A DNA stretch of 64,000 nt from Camelus ferus. Lineage: Eukaryota. The stretch spans positions 58,654,001-58,718,000 of the forward strand of contig NC_045707.1 of NCBI RefSeq assembly GCF_009834535.1. The letters run 5' to 3'. A model generated the notes under the pieces. That model was given only the letters and a program-made list of their open reading frames with translations, had not been told where the DNA came from and searched no databases. This document shows, piece after piece, positions 1 through 11,770 of this stretch. The translations under genes were made by a program, and so were the position numbers. Each line of letters opens with the position of its first letter. Position 1 is the stretch's first letter.

Positions 1-270
1 TACATTTCAGTGTCCATGTGATTTTGTTTCAATTTAAAAACTAGTTTGCATTTCTATGAAAAATAAACCAATCAAGAATTTTGGAGCTCCTGAATCATCT
101 TTGAAGAATACTGGGATTTCTCAGAGCATACTTACGGAACTCTCTGGAGTAGATGGGCTCTGAGGAGCTTCAGCATGCTACTATTCTGTGATTTTTATGT
201 TACCACATGCAGCTCCACATATATAAATCGTGCAGTATAAATGAGGGGCAGAGATCTGGACATACTGAAA

Positions 271-470
271 GAATCACAAATCCAAAGAATTTAGAGTCAG
301 AAGGACCTTAAAAGACCACCTCCCTCCCCTGGCTTCTTTGGAAATGAGGAAATTGAGGACCAGAGAGAAATGGAATGCTTTGTTCAGTCACTTAAAAAGT
401 GAAAAGTAGTCTAGTGGGATTGCAGCTTACCTCTGGACTCCTGTCCAGTGCCCTTCCTGGGACTCAGCTG
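271..470 (-). mobile_element. MIR-family SINE (MIR3/MIRc-like), degenerate
   Basis: Antisense MIR core 'aaatgaggaaattgaggaccagagag' preceded by 'ttagagtcagaaggacctta'. Confidence 0.65.
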
Positions 471-525
471 GATTAAACGTCATCAGCACAGTGCTTATTT
501 GTTCTGACTTTGCCTTACCCATGTG

Positions 526-973
526 TGTTACCAGCTATGACAGGACTGAGATTTTGCCCTACTTGTAGGGTAACAGGTTAGCCTTCTGCAAATTTACAGA
601 TGCTGGCAGAAGACCTGAAACTCCCGCGCCAAAGACAAAGGACTTTTATTCGTGGCGCAGCAAACGGTGCGAGCTTCTTATTGGTGTCAGCTCCCCCTGA
701 CATCCCAAGTACCGCGAGGGTTATGTGAAACGGCCTGGGTGGATGACCTACATATGGGATGTGTGTCGCAGCTGAGGAATCCTAAACTTATAAAATCTGA
801 ATCTTTTATAACAGGGAGGCAAGCAAACCAGTCTGCCTCTTGCTCTAAATCTCTAGCTTCCAAAGCTGTCTGCCACACAAACGTTCTTGAAAAGACTGAG
901 AATGAAGGCAGCTGGTTTGTATGGTCTCAAGAGGTACAGAAATGTGACACCCATGCGCTGTCTCAGAGCAACA
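526..973 (-). mobile_element. Solo ERVL LTR, LTR40-like
   Basis: Minus strand runs TG...CA, with TATA-like 'ttataaaagattc' and 'aataaaagtcctttgtctt...gtcttctgccagcatc...caagtagggcaaaatctcag', matching the remembered LTR40 3' part. Confidence 0.75.
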
Positions 974-2625
974 TGCTGATGAGTTTCCACTAGTTTAGTG
1001 ATGCAGGGGACAGTGTAATGCGTGAGATGACGGATGGTGTTCAGGTGATGGCTGCTCTTCCTAGAGAGAGTATGAGTTCCAGTCTGCATACTGCAAAGCC
1101 TGGTCTAGATCAAGCAATTCCTTTTAATTTTGTATTAGCACTGCTTCTAACTCTCAAAAGCATCCTACTTTAGTACTTACATGATATAGTCACCAGGTTC
1201 TAGTTCACTATGGAAAAAAAAAAACTGAATTTTTGAAAACATATTTTTTCCGAATCTTAAAAATTCTTCTTTGATGGCTCCTTCTGTATCCCCAGGAATT
1301 CTTGATGAATCTTAGCAAATACCTCATGTTTTTATGTACAAAGAAAAGACAAGTTTACTTGTTTATGTAAGGGTTTCTGAGAAAGATCTGCAAACTTTTC
1401 ATCAAAAAATGTTGCGCTGAGTTTTGTGTGTCTGTTAATTCTCCATCTGTCCATTTGCAGAAGTCTATACCCATTTGCAAAACAAAACATCTTGAAAATG
1501 TTTACAGTGTACTCATATTGAATCATCTTTGATAAGGCTTTACATCCCATCCAAAGCCCTGTGACTTAAATGGAATCTTACACATTTATACCTAAATTCA
1601 CTTATTAAAAGCCACTCCCTCTATCTGGTTATAGTATTTTGCTAATAGGTATCATTAAGTCTCTGGATCTAAACTGCAAAATTTAATCCAGAGATTTCCA
1701 ACCATTTTGTATTTTTAGCACACTTTCAAATACTAAATTTGTAGAAATTCATACTCAAAGTGGTGAATGAGGCAGTATATTTTATGATACAATTCCTCCC
1801 AGAGTACACAGGTGTTCCTAGGTGTCTTTAGAAAAGCATCCATGGTCACTACACTGCTCAGTTCCTTCAGCAGTGCCTCCTCCTCTTACTACAACTTTCA
1901 CCGACCTGACTGTGCTCTTACAGACCCGTGAGGGGATGTTTTATGGATCTGCTGAGTATTTGCCTTGATACGCATGTGTGCTTTTTCTCTCTTGCTTGTA
2001 GTGAATTGTGTCCTGTTCTCCACTGCATCTCACAGCCTGTTCTGCTTAATTGTTCATCAGATCAACATGACTTTAACAGCATGCATGTTTAGTTTTAGCA
2101 AAAATTAATATATACATTGCTAAAATCAAAACAAAACAAAAATTGTAAAGAATTTGTGTTTCAGACCACACCAGTTGTTTTCACCCTTTGATTGACAACA
2201 GATTTCTAAAATTTTCAACCAAAGTACCCAGAGAGGCAACAAAGAAAGAAAGGATACCATTAGGAGAGTCTAGAGGATTGTAACCGAAGGCCACCCCTTT
2301 CTAACACAATATCACACTGAGGCTATGAGTTGTTTTTTTTTTTTTCTTCCTAAAAAAATACATACGCATTTGCACTAACCTTATTTCATAATATATTTAT
2401 AATTTTTGAAACAAACAAAAAATTTCTCCCAAATGCCTGAAGCTCATTGAATTTCTATGAAAATGTAAGAGGTCTGTCTTGTAACTTGAGTATACCGTGC
2501 TGCAGTCTGAAAGGCATAGGCTGAAAATGTGTGCTTGGCTGTAATTCCAAAGGGAGACAGAATTTCCCTCTCTACCTTAAATTCCAATTTATGATGTTTT
2601 TCATACCTTATTCATCTCATAACAT

Positions 2626-2812
2626 CTGTCTGTCCATCCATCCACCCATTCATCCATCCATATATGATTTCATCTGTCTGTGTCTGTCTGTCAACCTATC
2701 CATCTATGCATGTATCCACCTATTTGTTCATCCATCCATCCATATATAACTGTTTCTATCCATTCATAAATATATTTACTTATGTGTCTACTTTTGTCTG
2801 TCTGTCTGTCTA
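2626..2812. repeat. Degenerate (TCCA)n/(TCTG)n simple repeat
   Basis: Runs of ccat/tcca and tctg units. Confidence 0.85.
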
Positions 2813-3124
2813 GCCAGATACTTAACTTCCTAAATAGCTGACTTTAAATAGTATTAAATAATGTTAATCACCTCTGCCAATGTGAGCCAACATTTATTCC
2901 TAAAGAAGGGCCTCTTCTATTGCTCTTAATAAATAAAGACAAGGTAGTCATTGTTTCCTAGGTTTCCTATCAGCTTTTATTCTTACGACTGGCAGATTAA
3001 AGACAGTTGGGAATAGGAAAAGCCACACCAAGGCAGGATTTCTGTAGCACAAGAGAGACCCAGGTACCGGCTCCTTCCCAAGTGAGGGAGGGGGAAAAGG
3101 AAACAGACACGTTCACCGTCCCTC

Positions 3125-3335
3125 TCAGTCCTCATGACAGCTCTGCTCAGAATCTACCTAGCGTCCTCCCACCAGTCCTTCGAGCTAGGCGCTGCTATTT
3201 TCCCTGTTCTATAGTTGAGAAATCTAAGCTTTAAAAAGGTTAAGTAGCTTGCTCATACTCACGTGGCTGCAACTGGCAAACTCGCATATAACACATCCCA
3301 GGCTGTCTTCAAATCCCTTGCTCTTAAATGTTACT
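3125..3335 (-). mobile_element. MIR SINE
   Basis: 'gttgagaaatctaagcttt...aggttaagtagcttgctcatactcacgtggct' matches the antisense MIR core. Confidence 0.65.
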
Positions 3336-4275
3336 AAACTCTTGACCCTCGATTTATTTCATGATAGAAATTGTCCCTCTGGTTTTGACTCTTTTTTTTT
3401 TTTTTTCCATATCTTTCTTGCAACCAGTGCTAAGTTAAGGCAAAATGAGATTAAGGGTAGGCTAGTCAGGAGTTTCCCAGAAAACCACTGTGTAAGTAGC
3501 ACTAAAATGTATCTTTGAATTGTAAGAAATGAAAAAAATTGTGTTTACCAGAATTTGCTTCTGCCTCTGGGATTCTACTCTGATGAGCAGCTTGGGTGAC
3601 AGGGCTGAGACTCTAAGGGGCGGAGGGGTTACTTATGCTCAAGCAACCGATGTCATTTGATTACTTTTAATGGAAGGTAGGTCTAGATCATTCCTAAGCC
3701 TTTATCTTGTTGCAAAAGGATAAGAAACCTTGGGGCCACATCTTCATTGTGTGAGATAATAGACTGAATGCTGAGAGATTCCAGCAACCTCCTCCTGTGA
3801 GGTGTGGTCTTAGATGGGAGTGTCCCATAAATCTCAATGACACAAAATAGCGATCAAACAGCCTAGGTGCTAATTCTCAAGTTGAAAGCTTGAGTCTTAG
3901 TGAATTAAGGACTAACACCGCAAGATTGACGAATGTAGAATTCATGTCATTCCTAGACCCTTCCCTAACTACAATCTTGAGTCCAAGATAAGGTTGACGG
4001 AGTCACCATTCCTGTAGTTTTCACTTTGGCACCTGTCTACTCCAGTCCGCTCAGTCACTGAGGACATCCGGGGCCCCATCTTATTCTGGGTCTAAAAATA
4101 CTTTTTACCAACACCATTTTGAGGTCTCCAGATAGACGCCCTAAATGAGGTCATCTGACACTGCATATCCTCCAAAGTGGCTGTCGCTGGAGTCACCTGA
4201 GTGACAATTCTAAGATACGATAAAATACTTTAAAAAATAAAGTTGTTCAGAATATCCTCTTATCTTTTTAAAAAA

Positions 4276-4411
4276 TATTTATTTTTTATTTTGTCTTGCA
4301 GGGAGGTAATTTGGTATTTATTTATTGATTTTAATGCAAGTACTGGGGATTGAGCCCAGGACCTTGTGCGTGCTAGGCACACACTCTACCCCTGAGCTTA
4401 TACCCTCCCCC
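4276..4411 (-). mobile_element. tRNA-derived camelid SINE (Vic-1-like)
   Basis: Reverse complement 'gggggagggtataagctcaggggtagagtgtgtgcctagcacgcacaaggtcctgggctcaatccccagtac' has Pol III A and B boxes and an A-rich tail. Confidence 0.85.
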
Positions 4412-4779
4412 TATAAAATGCTTTTAATAGTGCCATTCCTCTTTTCTCCCCCTTGTTCTCTCTCTATACATACACACATGCTCTCTCTAAATGTATATGT
4501 ACACACACATGCACACAGACTATATAATAAAGATGTAAAATCTTTATTTTAAATGTGCTGATACTAATTTTTGCTAGTCTCCAAGATCTACTCAGGGCTT
4601 GCTCTTCTTAAAGATAACAGTTCTTTAACACTTACTTATTTAACAGATGATCCCTAAATTCCTCCTCTATGACATACAGTCATGAACAAAGAAAATCTTT
4701 GGTCTCATGGAGCCTACGTTCCAAGAGATCGTGTTGGTGCTGGGGAATTCTGAAAGGCAGTATACTTCTGGATATGTTT

Positions 4780-4980
4780 AAGGCTGAGTCAAAAGTGTGA
4801 ATTAGAGATTGGCTTTTCGAGTGTGAATCCTGGTCTCCTGTATGTAAGAGTTTTGCTTGACAATTTCACTGTGACTTAGTTCATGAAGTCCTCCTGGGGA
4901 CGTGGCAGGTATTAAATACGTCAGTGCAGGTTCTCGTCAGTGTCTGGCATGCAGTATGTGCTTGATGAACGTTAGTTAAA
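4780..4980 (+). mobile_element. MIR SINE, degenerate
   Basis: 'gtgtgaatcctggtctc' plus MIR 3' end 'cagtgtctggcatgcagtatgtgcttgatgaacgttag'. Confidence 0.55.
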
Positions 4981-5439
4981 AAATATGACAAGAGCAGTAA
5001 CAAAAAGAAGCATGTAGGGAAAGGCATTTCTCCCACTGGCATCTGAAAGAGTCCTTAATTGGTCTCCTCTTCACTTAAGGGGGAGAGTAAAGCTATTCTG
5101 GATTTTTTTTTCCCTCCTTTTTTGTCAATTTGGCCTGGTCAAGGCCAAAAAAGAAAAAACCTTACATTTATGAACTTTAAAAAATCACCCTATTTATTTG
5201 TTTCAGGTTTATGGGGAATCAGTAATTTGAGCTCATTGAGTTCTAACACCAAAAACGAAAAACTAAACCTTTAGACACCTGCTGTCATTTAAGAAAATAT
5301 AAAATGCTTCCATTTTATTTTAGCCAGAGGGAAAAAAATATAGTGAGGTTATATGCATAAAAGAACAGGATTTATGCAGTGAATGTGTTCTGAAAATGTA
5401 GGTGAACAAAATGTTTGTGATACCATAATGCAGTGCTGT

Positions 5440-5555
5440 GGTTTTAAGTGATTTGTAGGTCACTCAATCCCTATGAGGCTCAGTTTCCTCATCTGTAGAA
5501 TGGGGATGCTGTTAATATCTACAGGATCAAATGAGTTAACAATTAGGTGTTATTA
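5440..5555 (+). mobile_element. MIR fragment
   Basis: 'ctcagtttcctcatctgtagaatggggat...ggatcaaatgagttaa'. Confidence 0.75.
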
Positions 5556-8269
5556 TTTTAAAATGACTACTTATTTTGTGTCGTTAAAGATGTTCCACCC
5601 CACCCCAGCCCTCATTTCTGAAGTGACAGCTAAGAAAACACCTTAAATATCATCATGCTTCACATAAATCCGTAACTCTCACTCAGACTGACAAGACTTA
5701 ATTTATAGGCAAGAAAAGGAATGCAACTTATAAATGATCAGATACATTTGCTTTACTTATCACATTTGGAATCTGAATTAGATATAGCCACGTTCACTAA
5801 CAGCCCAACTTATAGGGAACTTTTCCAATCTACAGGAAACTTTCTTAAAAAATTCAATTTTCAGGAAACGAGTTAAAAATTCACACACATTTGGAGTGTG
5901 AATCTTTTTACTGACCTTTTTTCAAAGAAATTTCATATCATTTCTACAGTCTTTTACATCTAATCCTGTGAATGATGATGACTTTGAAGGAAGAGAGTAT
6001 GCTTAAACACGTGCTACAGTTCTGTCATTTGGAGGATCTTAAAAATCTTGCCAGGGAACATGATAGACGGAAGGCATCAACTTCAAAAAGTGCTGAGAAG
6101 CAACGACAAGAGGGGAACAGTTTCATTAAAATGTGTGGTTAAAAATGCAGCTTTTCTAAGTTTCCCTTTATCGGGGGAGCAGGACTTTTTCTTTTTTCTT
6201 TTTTGTTTATGTCTGGCTGTCATGTATTAGGAACTCAGTAAGTACTCGCTGACTTGATGGGCATCTACAATGTTGTATATTATTCAGTACCTTAACAGGT
6301 TATTAATAATTAAGTGAATAAAAGGCTCGATTTCTTCCCTACGCAAGGTCTGTCCTTGGGGCATTAAAGACACTACTTAGGCTCTGGAATTTTTATTTGA
6401 AAGCAGCTAATAAGAACATTTCCTTTCTAGTAGCATCTCAGGCGGCTAAGCACGCAAGTTCAGCAGACTCGAAAACCTGACCTTAAAGCTAACCCAGCAT
6501 AAATAGCCAGGGATGGGCAGGAGAGTAGCCTGTGGGTGATGGTGGAGGTGGAGAGTGACTCTTTGGTTAATGAGCCCTGAATGGGAAGAGGACAAAAGGG
6601 GAGAATTGAATACATCTTTATAGAGGTCTTGCTTCTGAAATCAACAAGAGGCTAGCAATGCTGAACAGCAGTCTACCTTTTCAGATTTATTTGATGTCAC
6701 TTAAAAGTGCCCTCTGCATTTTACTCCAGATTGTTCTAGGATGTTAGAAAACCCAAAGACAAAGAAAATTTTCACTTCTAATGAACATACGAGGCTGCCT
6801 TTTTCTATAGAAGCGTTAACACGCCACATCAGGAATGCCTGGGACAGGCACGGCTGGAAGCATGTCTCTTGCTGTTTCGGGAGGCAGGTAGGGCAGTGAG
6901 TAGTGTGGATGTGAACTGTGGGGTCCTAATGATTGGGAAATGGGTTTGCCAGAGGAGAAGGAAAGGCAAAGACAGGCTAGGAGTCATTTCTGGGAAGAGA
7001 AACTGACCCCAACCCTGGGGTGTCTATGGAAGACAAGGTGACGACATGGACCAAACCCCACTCTTCCATAAGGGCCCACGGGAGACAACACCTGGATGAT
7101 TTCTGCTGATGTGAAACATTATAGCTCAGTGCTCTCTCAATTCTGACTCACATTCCAAAGTAATTCCTTTTTGGAAAAAAGGAGGCATTGACAAGGTGCA
7201 GTAGAACTTCCTCCCAGGTCAGGGAACTCGGGATTCAAGGCTGATGCTGGCTTTGTGGCAAAGAGTCTGCATCAGGATGATGCCCATGCTGCCTCTGAGG
7301 TGTAAGAATGGGATGTGTAAGGACATTCTCTTACTGTAAGCATGTATTTGAACACATGGAATACCACACAGCTTTTTGATAAACATGAACTTTTCACATG
7401 GAGTCCTTTGTTAAAAAAAGTGTCTATTTCAGCTACCGTAAGTGGGGGAATGTGTGTCTTAGCATGTATCAGGCAAGTCCAGCCTTACTGGTAACATGCT
7501 GTTTCAGACACATTATATATTGTGACTGTGGAACTGACTGCTAAATTGAAATTCAGAAAATACGGGCACCATGAAGCTTTTCTAAGCAACTCTCCCTCTC
7601 AAATGTTGTAATTCACATTTAAAATTATGTATCAGTTAATTGCTCTGCTCTCCTGAACTGACTGAGTTCACATCACTATGGAAGACAGAAGGATGCTCTG
7701 ACTTGGATAAATGTTTTTCTCCCCTAAGCACAGGCCCTTGTCTTTAATGTGGTAATGTTTCCCATATGCACTAGGATGGGTGGGGAATTGGGGAGCTGAA
7801 TGCATTGCTTCTGGGGAGGCCTGTGGATGCAAATGTTGAGCTTGGTTGGTTGGCCCAGTCTCTTGGATCCAAGTGTTCCACCACAGTTCTTTAGGAGGCA
7901 GCTGGGATCTTCACTACATCTGGGTGTACTGGGGATTGAGGAAAGAGGAAGGGAGATGGTATTTTCCCATCTGTGCCTTGCAGGATGCTTGATTAGTTTC
8001 CGTCCTTACTCAAGGGAAGAAGAAAGCTATTTAAGCAATTTCCCTTAGAAAAAAAATAGTACGAGTTAATTCAGGAAGCAAAGGAATCTTCCACAATGAT
8101 TTGAAGTGTTCCTCTTTGTTTCAGCAAGTCTCAGGCTTTTCAAGGTCATCTGCCAGCAGACATTTCTGCTCCGGAAGCCCAGACACCAATGATGTCAAGT
8201 CAACTCTCCAGACATTTAGTTATTTAGCAACTTCCAAATAGAAACCCCACTATTCTGATTTTTGTAGGA

Positions 8270-9120
8270 CTGGGTCACTATCTGGGGATAGTGACATTTA
8301 CTGAGTCTTAAAGGGTGAGAAGGAATCAGCTAGAAAAAAATGAGGGTGTAGAGAAGAAGGATCTTCAGGCTGAAGGAATATTATGACTGAAGAAAAATCA
8401 TGTTTTATGAGGAAAAAACAATAGAAGGAGTTGGCATTTCCAGAGAATCAAGTGAGCCTTGAGGGTGAAGAGGGATGAAGCTTTATGGAAGAAAGCATGA
8501 ACCAGGTCACGGATAGCCCTGATCAGGAGCTCAGCCTGCTTCTTACAGGAAATGGAGAACTACTGAAGGCTTTTCAAAAGGGGGAAGGCGTATTTGCACG
8601 GTTGATGTAGACTTCCCCAGCAGCGTTGGGAGGATTAAGACTGAAGGCAGGAGACCTGTTAGGAGTCTAGGGAAGAGATGATGACAGATGTGATAAGGAC
8701 GGGATAGGGAGGTGGGCACAGATTCTTTTGTTGCACTTGGATGATACTAAGGAGGTAAAACTTACAGAAGGATGTTGGGGTAATGGAGAAAAACAACATG
8801 GCACTGGCCCTCTCCTATCCTGGTTGGATGGTCATAGCCACAAATGCTTAGGAATACAGAAGACAGAGTACAGAGAATAAGGAAACCAACAGTGGATACC
8901 TGGAGAAGGAAGTACCTAGGAACAAGGAAGGGAAGCTATCTGGTAGGCAGTGGGACATATGGGTCTGAGGTTGGGGAGAAAGGTTACAGTGGAATGTAAC
9001 GGATTTCAGAGTAGTTGGAGTACGTAAGTGGCAGTTGAAACCGGAGGAAGAGATGAGAGCAAAACAGAGTACTGAGGACAGACAGCTGTGGAGTTAAGAG
9101 CATTTAAAGAGCCAGCAGGA
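8270..9120 (-). mobile_element. L2 LINE fragment
   Basis: Purine-rich antisense L2 motifs: 'gacatttactgagtcttaaagggtgagaagga', 'ctgaaggcaggagacctgttaggag', 'ggtaggcagtgggacatatgggtctgagg'. Confidence 0.7.
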
Positions 9121-9520
9121 CATTTAATTCCCTGGAAACTCTGATAATAATTACTTCATTTTTGTGTTGTAAAACTGGTAGGAGGTAACGTATGTGTAGT
9201 ATTGGACTCAACTTTGATGTTTACTAAATGCTCCTTTTTCTTTCTAGTTTCTGTGCTCGGGCTGTTTGCTTTATTACCTAGCAGAGGTGGTTTACTATTT
9301 TAAAGAAGACTAAATAGTTTGCCGTCCGTTTTTGCACCAATACTTGCACATAAAAATTGTACGTAGACTGGAATGAAATGGCTTGTCTATTCAAATCACA
9401 CACAAAAAATTTCCCTTACATTACACTAGAAAAATGTTCAACTCTATGATATGCAGTCAAAATTTGAACAACCTCCTCCATTAGACCATTGTGCATACAT
9501 TTCTAGAAACATCTACTTCA

Positions 9521-9586
9521 TTATTAAAATCATAGTTTTTGCTGGAATGTGACTTATTAAAATCATAGTTTTTGCTGGAATGTGAC
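9521..9586. repeat. Perfect tandem duplication, 2 x 33 bp
   Basis: 'ttattaaaatcatagtttttgctggaatgtgac' at 9521-9553 and 9554-9586. Confidence 0.97.
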
Positions 9587-11129
9587 AAATGCATAACCAG
9601 TATTAAGTGTACAGTGAAACAGCAAAATGGCTTATTCTAGCATGCAATTCACAAGTTCAAGGTGATGGGGTAAGTGATAATAATAGTTCCAGGATAAAGG
9701 ATCTTGTCAAGGGTCATTTCTATAATGATCAAATTATGTGATGGAATCAGCATATAAAGAAGTCAGGGTCCAGAGCAGGGAGGTCAGATGGACAAAATGG
9801 AACCTTCACAGGCTCTGTGCTATAGATTTTCTACCCTATCTGTTCATCCTGATACACATTTATTTAGTAAATACAACTATCTTAAGTTGATGATAGCCAT
9901 TTGTGGAAAATTTTTGAACATTTAGGCTCTAACCCCTAACCATGAAAATTAGGAGTTTTAAGCTGGTACCCTGAGAGTTCTAGAATTTCTTTTCCCCCAA
10001 AATGAACGTAAGCATTCATGATAGCTGGCTACCACCAACTATGTTGTCCTAAGTATGACCTAGTTCTTACGTGGGATAAAGACTGGTTTGATAATCTTCT
10101 CTGTGCAACCTATGTATTTCCCCTTACAGCTTTTTAACTTTTTAAAGGTAAAAATCCAGTCCTGTGCTAGAGGCAGGTGAGCTGTCTGCATCTCTGCATC
10201 CCCTGTGCAGAAACAGGGGTCCTCCAGACCCGCAGCTGCTTCTCCTGACAGGGGACTGATTGCATCCGTGCTCACAATGTTGGGAACTCTTTGCTTGATA
10301 TGCGTTCACTCTCGAAGAGTGATGGTGTGGAACTGCAGTCAGCAGTCAGCCACTGTGGAGTTGGTTGCTCCTTCTGAAATTGAAATAGATTGGCTGAGGG
10401 AACGTGCAGAACAGCAGTTGGTGAATTTAACACGGAGCACTGTTGGCCCACATGGATAATGACTGCATGATACTGTGGCACAGAAAAGGAAAGGGGAAAC
10501 CCACTTAAGAATATAGTATTTCTCAATACGTACCATGGCATCAAAAATGTAAACAGACCAGACCTTTTCTGTTTTCACTGCAGTAAAACTGAATGAAGAG
10601 GGAATTTAATTAGCTTATGAATGATTTTACTGGAACCGCCATGTCTGGCTAGTCTGTCCTTGTATATTACTGCTAGATTTAGTGTTCCCAATAACAGGAC
10701 TTTAAGAAGCAACTCCTAAGCTCAAGAATTTATCCTTGATCCAGAATTGAAATGCTTTTTTGTTTCTCTTTATTATTCACCCATCTCCATGCATGTTCTT
10801 CCATCTACAGAGGTACTTCTGGATTCTCAGTGGGTCCTGATAGAACTCTAGTTGCCCACCCTCCCTGGAGTGCGAAATAAAGGACTTGCCCACCCAATCC
10901 TTTAGAGGTGTAACTCAGATTTGGGTATAGGCCTTAAGATCTAGAGATGCATAAGAAATTCTCTTTGACCCCCTAGAGCTCAAAATTGAGTAGAAAAAGA
11001 GAATACAGTGAATATTTATGTTATAACAAAGTGAGTGTAGCATACAATGGGAAGTCAAAATAGACAGTGACTAGGAGGGTGACTGGCTAGGGGAGGACTG
11101 ACATCAGAAAAAGCAGAGGCAAAGGCTGG

Positions 11130-11260
11130 TACAAGCAGATCAAGCAGTGACTTTGGACTCAGAAATCCTGGGTTGGAATCCCAATTCGCTCGGGTCACGC
11201 ATGTTACATTAATTCTCTAAGCTTTGTGTTCCCATCTACAAAGTGGGAGATTCATGAGAC
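11130..11260 (+). mobile_element. MIR SINE
   Basis: 'gactttggactcagaaatcctgggttggaatccc...cccatctacaaagtggg'. Confidence 0.7.
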
Positions 11261-11524
11261 TTTTTTTTTTTTTTTTTGCTTTATTAGAGATTTTGTGTAC
11301 CTCCTAAACCAGTACCTCAGCTCCCCATAGAGGAAATACTTTGTTTTCTAGTTTCTTAACTTTTACTTCATTGTCCATCGTGCACGTCCCTGCCAGTGGA
11401 AAATCCCATCCACCTCTCCGAGTGAACGCACAGACCAATCCTAAACTTCTCTGGGCTCTCTGGCCTCGTGTTCTGCATTCCCTATGGACACGGTGGTGCC
11501 ACTAACAACAAGAACAACAGCAAT

Positions 11525-11770
11525 GATGACAGAAACTCTGAACATGGACTGAGGCTCAATTTGTTTGGCTGTTACTTGCTTTCCATAAATGCTCTCAATC
11601 CTTATTCTACTTACAAGGTGGGCATTATTATTTCCATTTAAGTGACAAAGAATCTGAAACTCAGACAATACAAATGACATTTCCAAATCCATCCGGCTGG
11701 TTAGTGATAGAACTGGGTACCAGACTGTTCTCACTTCAGAGGTTGTCTGCTACCATTTTCACGTTGCTAG
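11525..11770 (-). mobile_element. MIR SINE
   Basis: 'cattattatttccattt...gaatctgaaactcaga...ggctggttagtgatagaactggg'. Confidence 0.7.

Noticed and set aside
652..993. 113-aa ORF with raised CpG
   Set aside because: Contained in the LTR40-like solo LTR
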